Positions 44,839-58,497 of a DNA stretch of 64,000 nt are shown here, piece after piece; position 1 is the stretch's first letter; each line of letters opens with the position of its first letter. The translations under genes and the position numbers were made by a program. The DNA is from Eimeria praecox (taxonomy: Eukaryota). The notes below the pieces were generated by a model. It did no database searches, had not been told where the DNA came from, and saw only the letters and a list, made by a program, of their open reading frames with translations. Location: NCBI GenBank assembly GCA_963920595.1, contig OY986946.1, positions 3,410,001 to 3,474,000 of the forward strand, in the 5' to 3' direction.

Positions 44839-46417
44839 GTAGATGTTTTTCTATTTTGTTGCTTCTTTTATTTTCTTCTAACACAAAAAACAATTTAAAA
44901 AAAAACAATTTCTTGTATTTCTTGTATTATTTTATTTATTTTATTTTTATTTTATTTCTTTCATTTATTTTATTTCTTTCATTTATTTTATTTATTTTAT
45001 TTCTTTTATTTATTTTATTTAAAACAATTTAAACTTCTTTTCTTGAAACGCTGCTGCAACTGAAAGGCTGCTGCTTGCTGACTTGGCGAGTAGACAAAAT
45101 TAAATTAAATTAAATTAAATTATGATAAATTAAATTAAATTAAATTAAATTAAATTAAATTAAACTAAATTAAATTAAATTAAATATATTTAAATTGAAA
45201 TAATTTAAATATATTTAAATATAATTAAGTACGATAAAATAATTATATTGCAAAATTGTATTGCCTCTAGTTTTTAAGAAGTTCTACTGTACATACACCT
45301 GAATTATGTATTATAAGCTTTGATTTTTTTAATATATTTAAATATAAATATATTTTATCTTTCTTTAATATTATTTATTTTTTATTTTCTACTTTTTCTT
45401 TATGTTTTAATCTCTACATTTTTATTTTATTTCATTTTATTTTATTTCATTTTATTTTATTTTATTTTATCTTATTTTATTTTATTTTATTTTATTTTAT
45501 TTCATTTTATTTTATTTTATTTTATTTTATTTTATTTTATTTTATTTTATTTTATTTTATTTTATTTTATTTTATTTTGGTTATTTCAATATCCTAAATA
45601 TTAATTTTCTTGTTTTGTTTGTATTTCTCTTCTTTAGATATCTCTTTCTTTTTTTTCTTTGTTGTTTTCTTCTTTGTTTGTTTTAATATTTGTTTTATTT
45701 ATACTTCTTACTGTGCTAAGACAACAGTTAATACAGGAAGAAAGATAAAGTAGATTAAGATAATAAACATAAATAATAAATATAATTTAATTTATATTAT
45801 TTAAAAATAATTTAATAAACAAAAAAGAATAAGAAGAAATATAAACAACAACTCATAGCGTTTGTTTATATCTCCCCCTATAGTAGAGAGAACCTGAGGC
45901 ATTATTAGATTATTTATGTTTATAAAAACACGAAAATATAATCTATTTATAAACATAAATGCATTAAAATATAATTAAATATATATATATTTATTTAATT
46001 TATTATTAAACAACTCACGAAATGCTGCTGCTAGCAGCATTGCTGTTGGCCCCGCACTTCTACTGTCTATACACTCCACCCTCTGTCGACACTTGAACGT
46101 CATTCTATAAAAACTATAAATAAATTAATAAAAATATAATTTAAAAGAATAAATAAAACAATTTAAACATAAATAAACAAATAAAAATTATATAATTTAT
46201 ATCTTTCTTATCGATAATATATAAATAATATATAAGAGAAGCCCTCCTTGGAGATATCCTCCTACACCAATACTCGATATATATCTTTTCTTTCATCAAT
46301 TATATACAATTAAACTTTAATTTTAATTTTAAATTTAAATTTAATTATTATTTTTAATTTAAATTTAAAAAAAGAAGAGAAAATATGTTGTGTTAGGGCC
46401 TCCCGATAGAGCAGCTG

Positions 46418-47270
46418 ATGGCTTCGCTTATTGCAGCAGCTCTGGCCTTAAGAGCTGCTGCAGGGCAGCAGCAGCCGCAGCAGCAGCAGCAGCAGCAACA
46501 GCTGCAGCAGCAGCAGCAGCAGCAGCGGCAGCAGCAGCAGCAGCCGCAGCAGAAGCAAGGGAAGCAACAGCAGAAACAACAGCAGCAGCAGCAACAGCAT
46601 CTAAGACAGCAGCAGCAATTCAACACCCTACACGGTAAACAGCAACAGCAGCACAACCAGACAACTCAACAGAGGCAGCAGCAGCAGCAGCAACAACAAC
46701 AACAGCAGCAGCAGCAGCAACAAAGGCATCTGTACCATGGGCAACAACAGCAACAACAACAGCAGCAGCAGCAGCAGCGGCAGCAGCAGCGGCAGCAGCA
46801 GCAGCAGCAGCAGCAGAAGCAGCAGCAGCAAGGCCCTCTAAATGTTGCTGCTGCACTTTATCCTCCTCATTTAGTTGCATTAAACGACAGCAGAAAAAAG
46901 AAAAGAAGAAAAAATAAAAATAAAGTTGAAACTCAAAACCAATCTCCTTCGCCCTCTGTATCGCAGGTGTATTCGTACAACAAACAAAATCAAACAAACT
47001 CACAGCAGCAGCAGCAGCAACAGCAGCAACAGCAACAGCAGCAGCAGCAAAAGCAGCAGCAGCAGCAACATGCTGAAGCGCAGCAGAGATATGCAGTGGC
47101 CTCTTCTGAGCTGCAGCAGCATCAGCAGCAGCAAAACCAACTGCAGCACCAGATACCTCAGCAGCAGCAGCAGCAACAGCAGCAACAGCAGCAACAGCAG
47201 CAGCAACAGCAACAAAGACAGGAGGAGACACAGGCAAATGAACGGCTGAGAGGTTGGCAGCAGCAGAACG

Positions 47271-47341
<71 letters not shown>

Positions 47342-47587
47342 GAGGTAACCCCACATTCTTTATTTACTCATCATCAAATCAATTATCTCCAACAGTGTTT
47401 TAAGACATTTCAAGAAGAAGCAGCAGCAGCACCAACAGCAGCAACAGCAGCAGCAGCAACAGGAAAGGCAGCAGTGCTGCTGCTCGGCGCCACAGCGAGA
47501 AGATTAGCTGCAATCGCCCCACACCTTGCTGCTGCCTACTCGTACGCTTCCACACATACCATCTGCTGCTGCTGTTGCTGCTGCTGC

Positions 47588-47619
<32 letters not shown>

Positions 47620-47684
47620 CAGCAGCAGCAGCAAAGACAGCAGCAATCTTAACTACATAGCAATAGAAACAGCAATATGAATAA

Positions 47685-47715
<31 letters not shown>

Positions 47716-47736
47716 AGCAAACACAGGAGCAACTTT

Positions 47737-47799
<63 letters not shown>

Positions 47800-47973
47800 A
47801 GCAGCAGCAACAGCAGCAGCAACAGCAGCAGCAACAGCAGCAGCAGCAGCAGCAGTTTGTTGTTATCTGTTTTTGTTTGCAGACGGCGTGCAGGAGAAAT
47901 CGCACAACACTACGGCCTAGGTAATACATCAATTTATTTTATTTTATTTTATTTTATTTTATTTTATTTTATT

Positions 47974-48016
<43 letters not shown>

Positions 48017-48310
48017 TCTATTTATTTATTGTCATGAGCGTTTGCCTTTGGGCTGTATAGACAGATACACCTTTTGCTGTTGCTGTTTGCTGCTGCTGCT
48101 GCTTGCTGCTGCTGCTGCTGCTGCTGCTGTTGCTGTTGCTGTATCTGGTGCTGCTGCTCCGTCTGCTGCTGTTGTATCTGTTGTTGCTGCTGCGTCTCCT
48201 GCTGCTGTATCTGCTGCTGCTGCCTCTGCTGCTGCTGCTGCTGCTGCTGCTGCCTGTGCATTTTCTGCTTCCGCATGATGTGTTGCTACAACAGCATCTG
48301 CTGCTGCCTC

Positions 48311-48344
<34 letters not shown>

Positions 48345-48580
48345 TCTGTTTATTACAGATGTTGGTAGTAGGGTGTTTGAGAGTATATGTAGATGCTGTG
48401 GCGTCCCTTTGCTTCCTCTCTTCACATCGTTTGCTGCTACTCAGCCGCTGCTGCAGCAGAAAGCCTCGGGCCGTCGCTGTGAGCCCTGCAGCACACAGTT
48501 GCTGCTGCTGCTGCTGCTACTGCTGTTGTTGTTGTTATTGCTGCTGCTGCTGTTGCTGCTGTTGCTGCTGCTGCTGTTGT

Positions 48581-48620
<40 letters not shown>

Positions 48621-49030
48621 CCTGCTGCTTTTGGGTGTAGATAGGTACACCTCAGCGTTTGTAGACAGTGTCTGTATATCATACTTTTACTGTTGTTCTT
48701 ACTGCTCCTGTTGCTGCTGCTGTTGCTGCTGCTGTTGCTGCTGCTGCTGTTGCTGCTTCTGTGTGTGTGCTTCAGTACTGCGAAGGAGCAGACAGCAGCT
48801 GCTGCAGCAGCATCCGTCTGCTGCAGCAGCAGCACAGCTTCATTGTGCTGCTGCAGACAGTTTGATAGATTTTGTTGCTTCTTCAACAACAGTGAGATGT
48901 TAGATATAAAAAGAGAAAAGCTTTTCTTATTATTATTATTATATTTATTTGTGTTTATTTGTTTATTATTGTTGTTTAATTAATTAATATTTGCTGATGT
49001 TGAGGGATTGGGGGTTGCTGTTGGCTGCTC

Positions 49031-49069
<39 letters not shown>

Positions 49070-49463
49070 TTGTTATTGTTTTGCTGCTGTTCTCTGTCCT
49101 TGTGCTGCTGCTGCTGCTGTTGCTTTGCTGCTGTTGGTGCTAGATATCCTGCATTTCTTGTTGTTTGTTTGTTTTTATTTTGTTTATTTAATTATTTAAT
49201 TATTTAATTATTTGATTATTTGATTATTTAATTATTTAATTATTTAATTATTTAATTATTTGATTATTTGATTATTTAATTATTTAATTATTTAATTATT
49301 TAATTATTTAATTATTTAATTATTTAATTATTTATTTGTAGGTAATTGTCTGTAAACTCTGCGGTTATAAACAACGCAGTATCATCGGGCCTTTAAGGAG
49401 ATCGAGAGACAGTCGGCAGCAGCAGCAGCAACAGCAGCAGCAGCTGCTGCTGCTGCTGAAGCC

Positions 49464-49503
<40 letters not shown>

Positions 49504-49603
49504 CAGGATCTGCTGCTAGGGGATGAGGAAGCCCCTCTAAGGGGGTCGGCCTTTAACAAACAAAAAAGAATGAGAAGCCAGCAAAGACAAATGTTATATA
49601 CAG

Positions 49604-49652
<49 letters not shown>

Positions 49653-50471
49653 GCAGCAGTGGCAGCCAAGGAAAAAGCAGTGCACCCAACATCCTTACGA
49701 GCGACAGCAGCCTCAGCAGCAGCATCTGCTGCTGTCGCAGCAGCAGCAACAGCAGCAACAGCAGATTCATCAACAAGAAAACCAGCAGCAACAGCAGCAG
49801 CACCGACAGCAGCAGCAGCCTCAGCAGCAGCAGCCTCAGCAGCAGCAGCCACAGCTACAGCAGCAGCAGCCTCAGCAGCAGCAGTCACAGCAGCAGCAGC
49901 CTCAGCAGCAGCAGCCTCAGCAGCAGCAGTCACAGCAGCAGCAGCCTCAGCAGCAGCAGCCTCAGCAGCAGCAGCAACAGCAGCAGCAACCACAGCAGCC
50001 GCAGCAGCACCCTCAGCAGCAGCAGCCGCAGCAGCAGCAGCCACAGCAGCAGCAGCTACAGCAGCAGCAGCCACAGCAGCAGCAACCACAGCAGCCGCAG
50101 CAGCAGCAGCAGCAGCAGCAGCCACAGCAGCAGCAACCACAGCAGCAGCAGCCACAGCAGCAGCAGCCTCAGCAGCAGCAGCCACAGCAGCAGCAACCTC
50201 AGCAGCAGCAGCCACAGCAGCAGCAACCTCAGCAGCAGCAGCCTCAGCAGCAGCAGCTACAGCAGCAGCAGCTACAGGAGCAGCAGCCACAGCAGCAGCA
50301 ACCACAGCAGCAGCAGCAACAACAGCAGCAGCAAGAGTGGAGTCGGCCAAGTCTGCTGGCTGCTGCGTCGCGTGAAGGTGAGGAGCCTTCGACTTGTGCT
50401 GCAGATATTTCCTCATTAAACCCGAGGCATGCATTTGCTGCTGCAGACACTGCTGCATCGGCTTCTCCTTG

Positions 50472-50509
<38 letters not shown>

Positions 50510-50802
50510 GCAGCACCAGCAGCAGCAGCAGAAGCAGCACCAGCGTGAGTCTGCAGCCTACTGGGCCTCTCGAGGGGGGCGTCTCCTCTTCAGGGGATGA
50601 GAGGAAGCAGGGATGCTTGTACTCTGCTGGCAGCAGCAACTGCAGCAGCAACAGCAGCAGCAACAGCAGCAGCAACAGCAGCAGCAACAGCAGCAGCAAC
50701 AGCAGCAACAGCAGCAGCAACAGCAGCAGCAGCAGCAGCAAGACTGTGAAGCAGAAGGAAGCTCGGAGTGTCTATGCACTTCTGGCTGATCTTGACTTCT
50801 GA
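46418..50802 (+). CDS. RNase P/MRP subunit of the Rpr2/Rpp21/Snm1 family with very large polyQ insertions; start uncertain
   Basis: Exons 46418(or acceptor 46397)-47541, 47883-47920, 48359-48478, 48776-48891, 49342-50802, in phase (about 952 aa). The spliced core reads HQINYLQQCF...HLAAAYSRRAGEIAQHYGLDVGSRVFESICRCCGVPLLP...VIVCKLCGYKQR, matching the Rpp21 pattern (RLNFLYQAA, LARFY, IA, CxxC-LLVP, CxxC). Confidence 0.72.
49801..50330 (+). repeat. Coding 15-bp (QQQQP) repeat within the Rpr2-like CDS
   Basis: cagcagcagcagcc(t/a) units translate to QQQQP many times. Confidence 0.85.
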
Positions 50803-51132
50803 AGCAGCGATTTCTTCTTTTTATTTTATTATTTTATTTTTTTATTGTGTGAGAAGCAGCAAACTGCAGCAGCAAACAGCAGCAGCAAGTAGCAGCAGCA
50901 AGTAGCAGCAGCAAGTAGCAGCAGCAAGTAGCAGCAAATAGCAGAATGAAGAGAGAGAGAGACAGAGAGAAAAATAAAACAAACAGCAATACTTGGAACA
51001 TCAGAGCCTTCTTGAGTGCTTTCAAGAAATATCTTTACAGATGCATCTAAAGCCCAGGTGTCTGTACACTACAGAGAAAGAGAGAGAGAGAGAAACAAAT
51101 AGCAATTGAGACGAAGGGAGAGGGCCTCTCAC

Positions 51133-51209
51133 CAGCTAGCCACAGCTAGCCACAGCTAGCCACGGCTAGCCACAGCTAGCCACAGCTAGCCACGGCTAGC
51201 TAGCTGTGG
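51133..51209. repeat. 10-bp CAC(A/G)GCTAGC tandem repeat (about 7 copies) ending in an inverted copy
   Basis: cacagctagc repeated, then gctagctgtgg, which is its reverse complement. Confidence 0.85.
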
Positions 51210-51486
51210 TTTGGTATTGACGGAACATCAGAGAGTGAAGGATAGTGCACTGAGGCCCTCGAACTAGAAAACAAACGATGAAGCTTCATGAGGGTAGGGC
51301 CTGATGCTGCTGCTGCTGCTGTTGCTGCTGCAGCAGCAGCATTGTTGCTGCAGCGGCTAGGTTGAGAGGTGAAAGGCCGGCAGCTTAGGTTTCTTGATGA
51401 GGGAGGGTTTGTGTTTGAGCTGTCTGTATCTGTCTCACCGAGGGTTTATTGTTTTGAGAAGAGGATAGCAGTGTTTACTGTGCAGA

Positions 51487-51727
51487 GGTTAGGGTTTAGG
51501 GTTTAGGGTTTAGGGTTTAGGGTTTAGGGTTTTGCTTTCACGGCGTCAAGTGTATGGGGGCGATGATTGCAGCTCTTATATACGTTAAAACACGACAGGC
51601 CACGTAATGAAACTGCATTGAGGGTTTAGGGTTTAGGGTTAAGGTAGAAGATAGGTGAGAAAGTAGAGTAAGAGGATTAGGGTTTAGGGATTAGGGTTTA
51701 GGGTTTAGGGTTTAGGGTTCAGGGTTT
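51487..51727. repeat. Clustered short telomere-like TTTAGGG arrays, intergenic
   Basis: Blocks at about 51487-51531, 51621-51645 and 51677-51727. Confidence 0.85.
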
Positions 51728-52400
51728 GAAGGGCAAAAGGCAGTGGCTGCCTGCTGTCGAGGCTGTCTGCCTGGGAGGAGGAGGGCTTGCTGAAGGTTTT
51801 TCATAGAAGAAGCAGCAAAATATTATTATTTTCGTTTTATTTGTTTTATTAATATTTATATTTTTATTAATTAAGGGGGAAATATTACAGAAGAGAGGCC
51901 AGAAGAACAGAAGAGTGTGCCTCTGCCGTCTCGGCTCCCGCTGCTGCTCGTTGAACCGTGCTGTGCAAGAAAAGGAGAAAAAAAGTTTTTATAACGTTAT
52001 TTAAAATAAAATAAAAATTTAATTTGTATAATTTTATTTTTATTGCTGAAGAATACAAATTACCTGCAATATTTAAGCACGAGACGACAGCCAAGAACGA
52101 ATTGCTGCATCGCCCTCACCAGCGAGCACGGCAGCTGCTGCCTACCTGGTGTGTTAAGACGAAATACTCTTTTTTTCTGAAATCTCCTCTTTCCTTTTTA
52201 TTTTTAAAATAAATATGAGAGTTCCTACTTTCTGAGGAGGTGTAATTCCCAGAAAAAGCCGCTGCATGCAATCCCCACGAACAGAGGTGAAACAGGGGGG
52301 GCGCAGCCGACTGCCTGCGGCCGAGAGAAAGAGGGAAAGTTGTCAAGAAAAAGAAAAACAAAGAAATATATTTCTTCTATTTATTTAATTTTGTTTGAAA

Positions 52401-54819
52401 ATGGCGATGCACGAATGTGAAGCATATTGGCAGGATTTTCTTCGTCGTCCACGGGAGCAACGCCGGATGCGGCAGGAACAGAAAAACCTGCAGAAAGAAA
52501 CGGTGCGTTAATTCCCTTATTTGTATATTTTTGTATTTAAATACTTGAAAAACAGATGTATTTGCTTTAATAGATTGTATTTCATGGGTAAATTTTGACA
52601 TTTTATGGTTTTTTCTGCTGAGATCAGGCTTGCTGGATGGCCGCACAGAAAGCTGCAAAAATTGAAGAACTTGAACTCGCTTTAGCTGGATGTACACCCG
52701 AGCAGCAGGATCTTCTTCGGCCAGTTATGAAATTTTCTGGGCTGTTAGAGCGTTTACATGATTGTTTTCTTCAATCTGATCGAAATCCTACGATATTTAG
52801 CCAAATGATCAATACCGATGAGGCCCTTTCTGCTCTTATTCATGAAAAAACAAAAGAATTACAACAAGATCCGCAAGCTTGTACGCCTTCTCTCCCTTCT
52901 TCTTCTTCGCAGCACTTGTGCGTATTTTGCAACAACTGAAGCTAAAAGTTCGTTTTTCTTGAAAATTGTTGAAATTTGTTTAAAAACAAAAAAGAAAAAA
53001 TGAAATGTTTGCTTTGAACAGTTTAAATACTTCTTTGATTTTAAATACTTTGAATTTTTTTGTTTTTCAACAATTTGGTTACTTTTATGATATTCATGAA
53101 TTTGAATGTTTCTGTTTTTTTTGTACCAATTTGAATTTTTTTTGGTTTTGCCTGATGAAGGCTTTTCCTTTCGTATTTTGAACAACTTCAAACTTTTTCT
53201 TGTTCTATTTCAATTAATATCTTTTCTTCTTTCACTAAAATTATATTTGTTTGTATTTATTTTTCATATCTAAACCTGGAGTTTGCTGTGCTCTCAGTTC
53301 AGCGACAAGAACAGCAGCTGAAGGAGATACACGAAGAAGCAACACGGCCTCTTAATGCAGAAGACTTCAGATATTTGAGAAATCGTACATGGAGAGATCT
53401 TCCTCAAGAAGAACTTGCAGAGAGAATGTCTAAAGGAGAGATCTGCCCGAGAGATGAATGGATACCAGGTTAGGTGTCATTGCTGCTGCTGCTGTTGCTG
53501 CTGCTGTTGCTGCTGCTGCTGCTTTTGCTGCTGCTGCTGCTGTTGCTACCGTTGTCGCTACTGCTGCAGTTCCTGTAGCTGTTGTTGCTGCTGCTTTCAG
53601 GGATATCTAAGGGGAAGAGGCCTTTGGAAGGAGCAGCACTTGAGGAGCATTTACGATTTGGCGATCGTCTAGCTCGAGAAGGAAGAGAAGCATATAAAGT
53701 ATTTGATTATGATACAGCATATATGCGATTCAAACAAGGAATAGAGTTAATGAATTGGGTAGAGGCGAAAGACGAAAATCTTCAACAACAAGTACAAGAT
53801 ATGTATTCTCTCTTCCTCAAAAATGCTGCACAGGCTGCGCTGCAACTCGGAAAATATCAAGAAGCTATACGTACAATCATGTGGAATATGCTGATGCTGC
53901 TGCTGCTGCTGATGCTGCTGCTGCTGCTGCTGCTGTTGCTGATGCTGTTGCTGATGTTGCTGCTGCTGCTGGTGATGATGATGCTGCGGGTGCTGTTGTT
54001 GTTGGTGTTGTTGTTGCTGTATTTCCTGATGTGGCTGCCGTGCTTGGTGCTGATGTGCTTGTTGCTGTTGCTGCTTCTGCACTGTTGGTGCTGTGTTTGT
54101 ATTTGCTGCTGCTGCTTGCTGCTGCTGATGCTGCTGCTGCTGCTGCTGCCCTCCAATCTTCCGTGATACTTGCTGCTGCTGCCAAAGAGAGAAGAAGCAG
54201 CAGAATAGAGAGAGCCAACCTGATCATCTTATAATTTGAAATATTTCTACCTCTGCAGGTGCATGCACGACGCTATTGCAGGAGCTCGACGAGCACGATA
54301 CGAAGGCTCGCTACCGTCGAGGGAAAGCATATTTGTTGTTAGGGATGACGAAATCAGCTAAAGATGATTTTATGTTTATCTTAAAGAGCCCTTATTCAAC
54401 CAATGAGGGAGTACAAGCTGCTCGTCTTGGGCTGCAAGAGCTGCGAGAGATATTGAATAAAAGTGAAGGAGAGGCGAAGAAAATTTTAAACAAAGGCCTT
54501 AAAAGCTCTCTATTCTCTAAAGGTAGAAGTATAGAAACAACAACAACTCGCTTTGTTTCAAATAAAGAAATAGAAGAAACAGAAAGCAATTCAAATCCAA
54601 ATACTATGCTTCATGAAGACAACGAAAACATAGATTTCAGACTACCTCCAAGCAAAGTAACAGAAGAAGTTTTCAAGAAAAACTCAAAAATATACAAATA
54701 TAGCAAAAACGAAAAATCATATTCTGAAGATGATGCGATGAGCGATCAGCCTACAACTCCTGAAGCTGCAGAAACTGTGCGTACACCTCAACACTCGACA
54801 CGCCACAGCTAGAGGCACC

Positions 54820-54881
<62 letters not shown>

Positions 54882-55613
54882 CAACTTAAGTCTTGCCATT
54901 CCTAATAAATAAAAGCATCATCAAAAAAAACAATTTACGTTTAATAAGTGCACTTTGCATTCACTGAAGATGCGTGTTTTGCACATTTCAAATATTTTCG
55001 GGTGTACGTACACTCCGAGTAGATTAGCAATTGTATTTATCTGTTTGAACGCTGCATGCATTTCTCTGTTTTGTGTTCTGTCTTTCTTTGCCATGAACAG
55101 AATACAAGGAAAGAACAGAAAGAAGAGGAGCCGCCGCTCAGTCTAGAAAAGACTCAGGAGGTTCTCTTAGATTTTCTTGACGCATACACCGTAAGTTCAA
55201 TAAAGAGCGCAACCTCCTCTGCAGCATACCATAGAAAATAAGCTGTTTCTCTAAACCCTCAAGCCCTCTAAACTCTAGACCCTAAACCCTAAATCCTGTG
55301 TTCTGCTTGCAAAGCTGCCCCTGCCTTTATCATCCGTGCTGTATTTTGTTCTTGTTCATTTCGTATTTATTTGTATTTTGTATGTCGTATTTCTTTATTT
55401 TTAAAGAGAGAAAGAACGCAAATGTTCATAGAGTTCGAATGTCACGCCCTTCATTGTTGGGGTGTATGTACAGTCGGAGCCTGCAGCCTCTAAGCTGAAA
55501 GAACTACGAAGCCTTGCGGACTTCGACTACAGAAGGCTTGTGCTGCGCTGTCGTAAATATCTTCCAGAGGTGCAGCAGCCTATCCTGCAGCGTCACGGTG
55601 TAGGAACCCCAAG

Positions 55614-55645
<32 letters not shown>

Positions 55646-55812
55646 GCAGCAGCAGCAACAGCAGCAGCAGGGATAGCGACAACCACCGCTGCAACATGCG
55701 GCTGTTAGAGAAGAGTGTTTCTTATTGGCGATTTAGAGATGAAATGGTAGAAGAATTAACGAGAGATTGCTTGAAGGCTGTCTTCGGAGATGTAGCCGAT
55801 ATTGATGTTTAA
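52401..55812 (+). CDS. Tetratricopeptide-repeat protein (three TPRs, co-chaperone-like) with a possible C-terminal protein-C10-like domain
   Basis: Exons 52401-52502, 52628-52880, 53298-53468, 53601-53870, 54259-54776, 55101-55190, 55474-55812, in phase (580 aa). TPRs: LAREGREAYKVFDYDTAYMRFKQGI; FLKNAAQAALQLGKYQEAIRACTTLL; TKARYRRGKAYLLLGMTKSAKDDF. Confidence 0.82.
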
Positions 55813-56427
55813 TAATATTATAATAATATTAATAAGCAAAATAAAATAAATAAATATATAAAATAAATAAATAAATAAATAAAGAAGTGAAGGAAGAAAG
55901 AAAGAAAGATATACACAAATACAATAAACAAAATATACAAATTGTTTGCTGATGATTCAACATTAAGGGAAAGTAATAAATACGAAGGGTAAATAAACTC
56001 AGGCACGCATATATTAAATAAATCATAAAAATAAATAAATAAACAAACAAATATAAATAAATAAATAAATAAACCTATATATATGTTTATCTATATAAAA
56101 TATTTATACTCATTTATATTTATATTGAACGGGTCAATGCAAATAGTATAAATGTACATGCAAATAGGAAAAGCATGAATAGAAGTATTAAATTATAAAC
56201 ACAAATAATTCTGCTGTATCTACAGTTTCTAGAAAGCCCCAATTTATTTAACACAAACAAACGAGCGCATGCAGTGCATGCAGCTAAGTATAATAAATTA
56301 AAAACATATTCGAGGAATGAAGGATGCAGGGGCATCAACACTTAGACAGAAACATTGCAAACAAACTCGACATGATGTTTAGGTTTTTTCTCTTGAGAAG
56401 TAGCAACACCAACAACAGCAACAACAA

Positions 56428-56459
<32 letters not shown>

Positions 56460-56576
56460 GGTTGTAGAACTAATAGCAGTTTCCCCTTCATCCTAATTCA
56501 ACTGATGTTTTAACTCAAACAATTAAAGCCTACTCAAGCAAGAGGAAGCAAGTTGTGTTTTTGTAGTTGTATCTTT

Positions 56577-56594
56577 GAGGTGTACGTACACCTC
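56577..56594. promoter_or_regulatory. Perfect 18-bp palindrome GAGGTGTACGTACACCTC, best copy of a dispersed motif family, upstream of Nup155
   Basis: Self-complementary; a second copy GGTGTACGTACACC lies at about 56624-56637. Confidence 0.5.
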
Positions 56595-57285
56595 AGATAT
56601 CTTACATAACCTCCGAATTCTGCGGTGTACGTACACCTCGATTTGTAAACATCGGAGAGTCACCAACGCCCCGCCTACTGCGTCGCTTTATGCATTTATA
56701 ATTCTAATAGCATAATTGTTAGAGTTTAATATTATTTTATTTAATTAATTAATTTAATTTATATATCAATTTCAGATAAAAGGGATGCCCTCGTAGGAGC
56801 GCTTAGAATGCATGCGCAGCCGAACCTCACGCCAGCCCCAAACATTTATCAATATATAAAACAATATTTTGTTTCTCCCTTTACTTTGAAAATAAATTTA
56901 TATTTTCCTTTTAATTATCTGTAGAACTAGCGAGTTTAGGGGGGCTCCGTAGCTGTGTGCTAACACACACACCAGCTGCGCGTACACCCCAGCCCCTCCC
57001 CCCAGTTCTGGGGTTTCCTCGCCTATCTATGCTGCCTTCTGCATTCAAGTTTTTCTTTATATTTTGTTGGCTTCTTTTCAGGTAGAGTGTAGTTAATATA
57101 TATGTAGATATGAGAGGAATATGAGGCCTTAGAGAAGCTCTATTGCATGTTTGTTTTCTCTTCTATGAGAGCAATATGTAATAAACACTCGTAGGCAATT
57201 ATGTTTTATCTTTCATATTCTACTAACTCTACCCTGTAAATATGATTGCTCCCCCTCACTTATATCTTAACTTTAAACTAGCTTC

Positions 57286-57519
57286 ATGAGCGCCTTCGTA
57301 TCCCCTTCAGACCACTTCCCCCTGGGGGGCCCCCCCACCTTGGGGCCCCCCACCTTGGGGCCCCCCACCTTGGGGCCCCCCACCTTGGGGGCCCCCCCCG
57401 TAGCTGGTGATGGGGGCCCTCACAGCCATCAGAGCGGCGGCGGTCGTAGCAGCTCGATTACACAGTCTTTCTTAGGTTTGTTCTCTCATACACATCATCA
57501 TCAGCAGCAGCAGCATCAC

Positions 57520-57560
<41 letters not shown>

Positions 57561-57565
57561 CCATG

Positions 57566-57599
<34 letters not shown>

Positions 57600-58044
57600 T
57601 CATCATCATAGAAGGTCTGCAGTTGGCTCTTCTTTCTATTTAGGAGGGACATCAAAGACTTTTCCGTATAATTTTTCGAACATGTCTGTGGACATACACC
57701 CGAAATTATCTTCTTATATATTAAATGACGATAAAAAAGAAGAAAATGTTTATTTTGATTGTTTATCTTTTCAATTTGCTGCTGCTGCTACTCGATTACT
57801 ATGGGAGGGTCTTACAATAGAAGAACAAAATATACAAATAGACAGTCCTGCAAGAGCACCTTTCATAGGGGGGCCCCCAGGATATCGTGTGTGGGGCCCC
57901 CATTACAAAGCTGTATATGAAGAGAATAAGAATGCGTTTGCTCTTAAACATCCTTATGAGTCTATACCTCTTCCTCCCCTTATTTCGCGTCTTCTATGTC
58001 GCTGTGGTGCTGCAGATAATAATAATAATAATAATAATAATAAT

Positions 58045-58075
<31 letters not shown>

Positions 58076-58460
58076 GCAAGAGGAGGTTGTGCTGCTGTGA
58101 ATCGCTGCCGCCTCATGGTCTTATCCCCGAGTTAAATAGAATTTGGGTTTCTGATAATAATAATTTATATTTATGGAGAGTAGGAGATGATGAAGATGCT
58201 GTAGATAGTATATCTCTTTCTGAATCTATTGAAGCTGTGGTGTATGTACAGCTCGATAGAGCGCTTCTCCCTCCTGTTTTGCGAGGGTCTTTTAGTTTAA
58301 TAGATATATCTTTTCCTCTATTCTCTTCAAATACACATCTCTATTCTTCGGGGTGTACAGACAGCCCCCCCTATGCAGATATTACTTCTTCTCCTTTACA
58401 TTGTTTGGCTGTCTCTCTTACAAATTCTGTTCGACTGTTTGCTATTTCTACAGCTACTGA

Positions 58461-58497
<37 letters not shown>

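Noticed and set aside
47883..47920. R3H domain (EIAQHYGL)
   Set aside because: It lacks the RxxxH core; the flanking exons supply two CxxC pairs that fit Rpr2/Rpp21 better.
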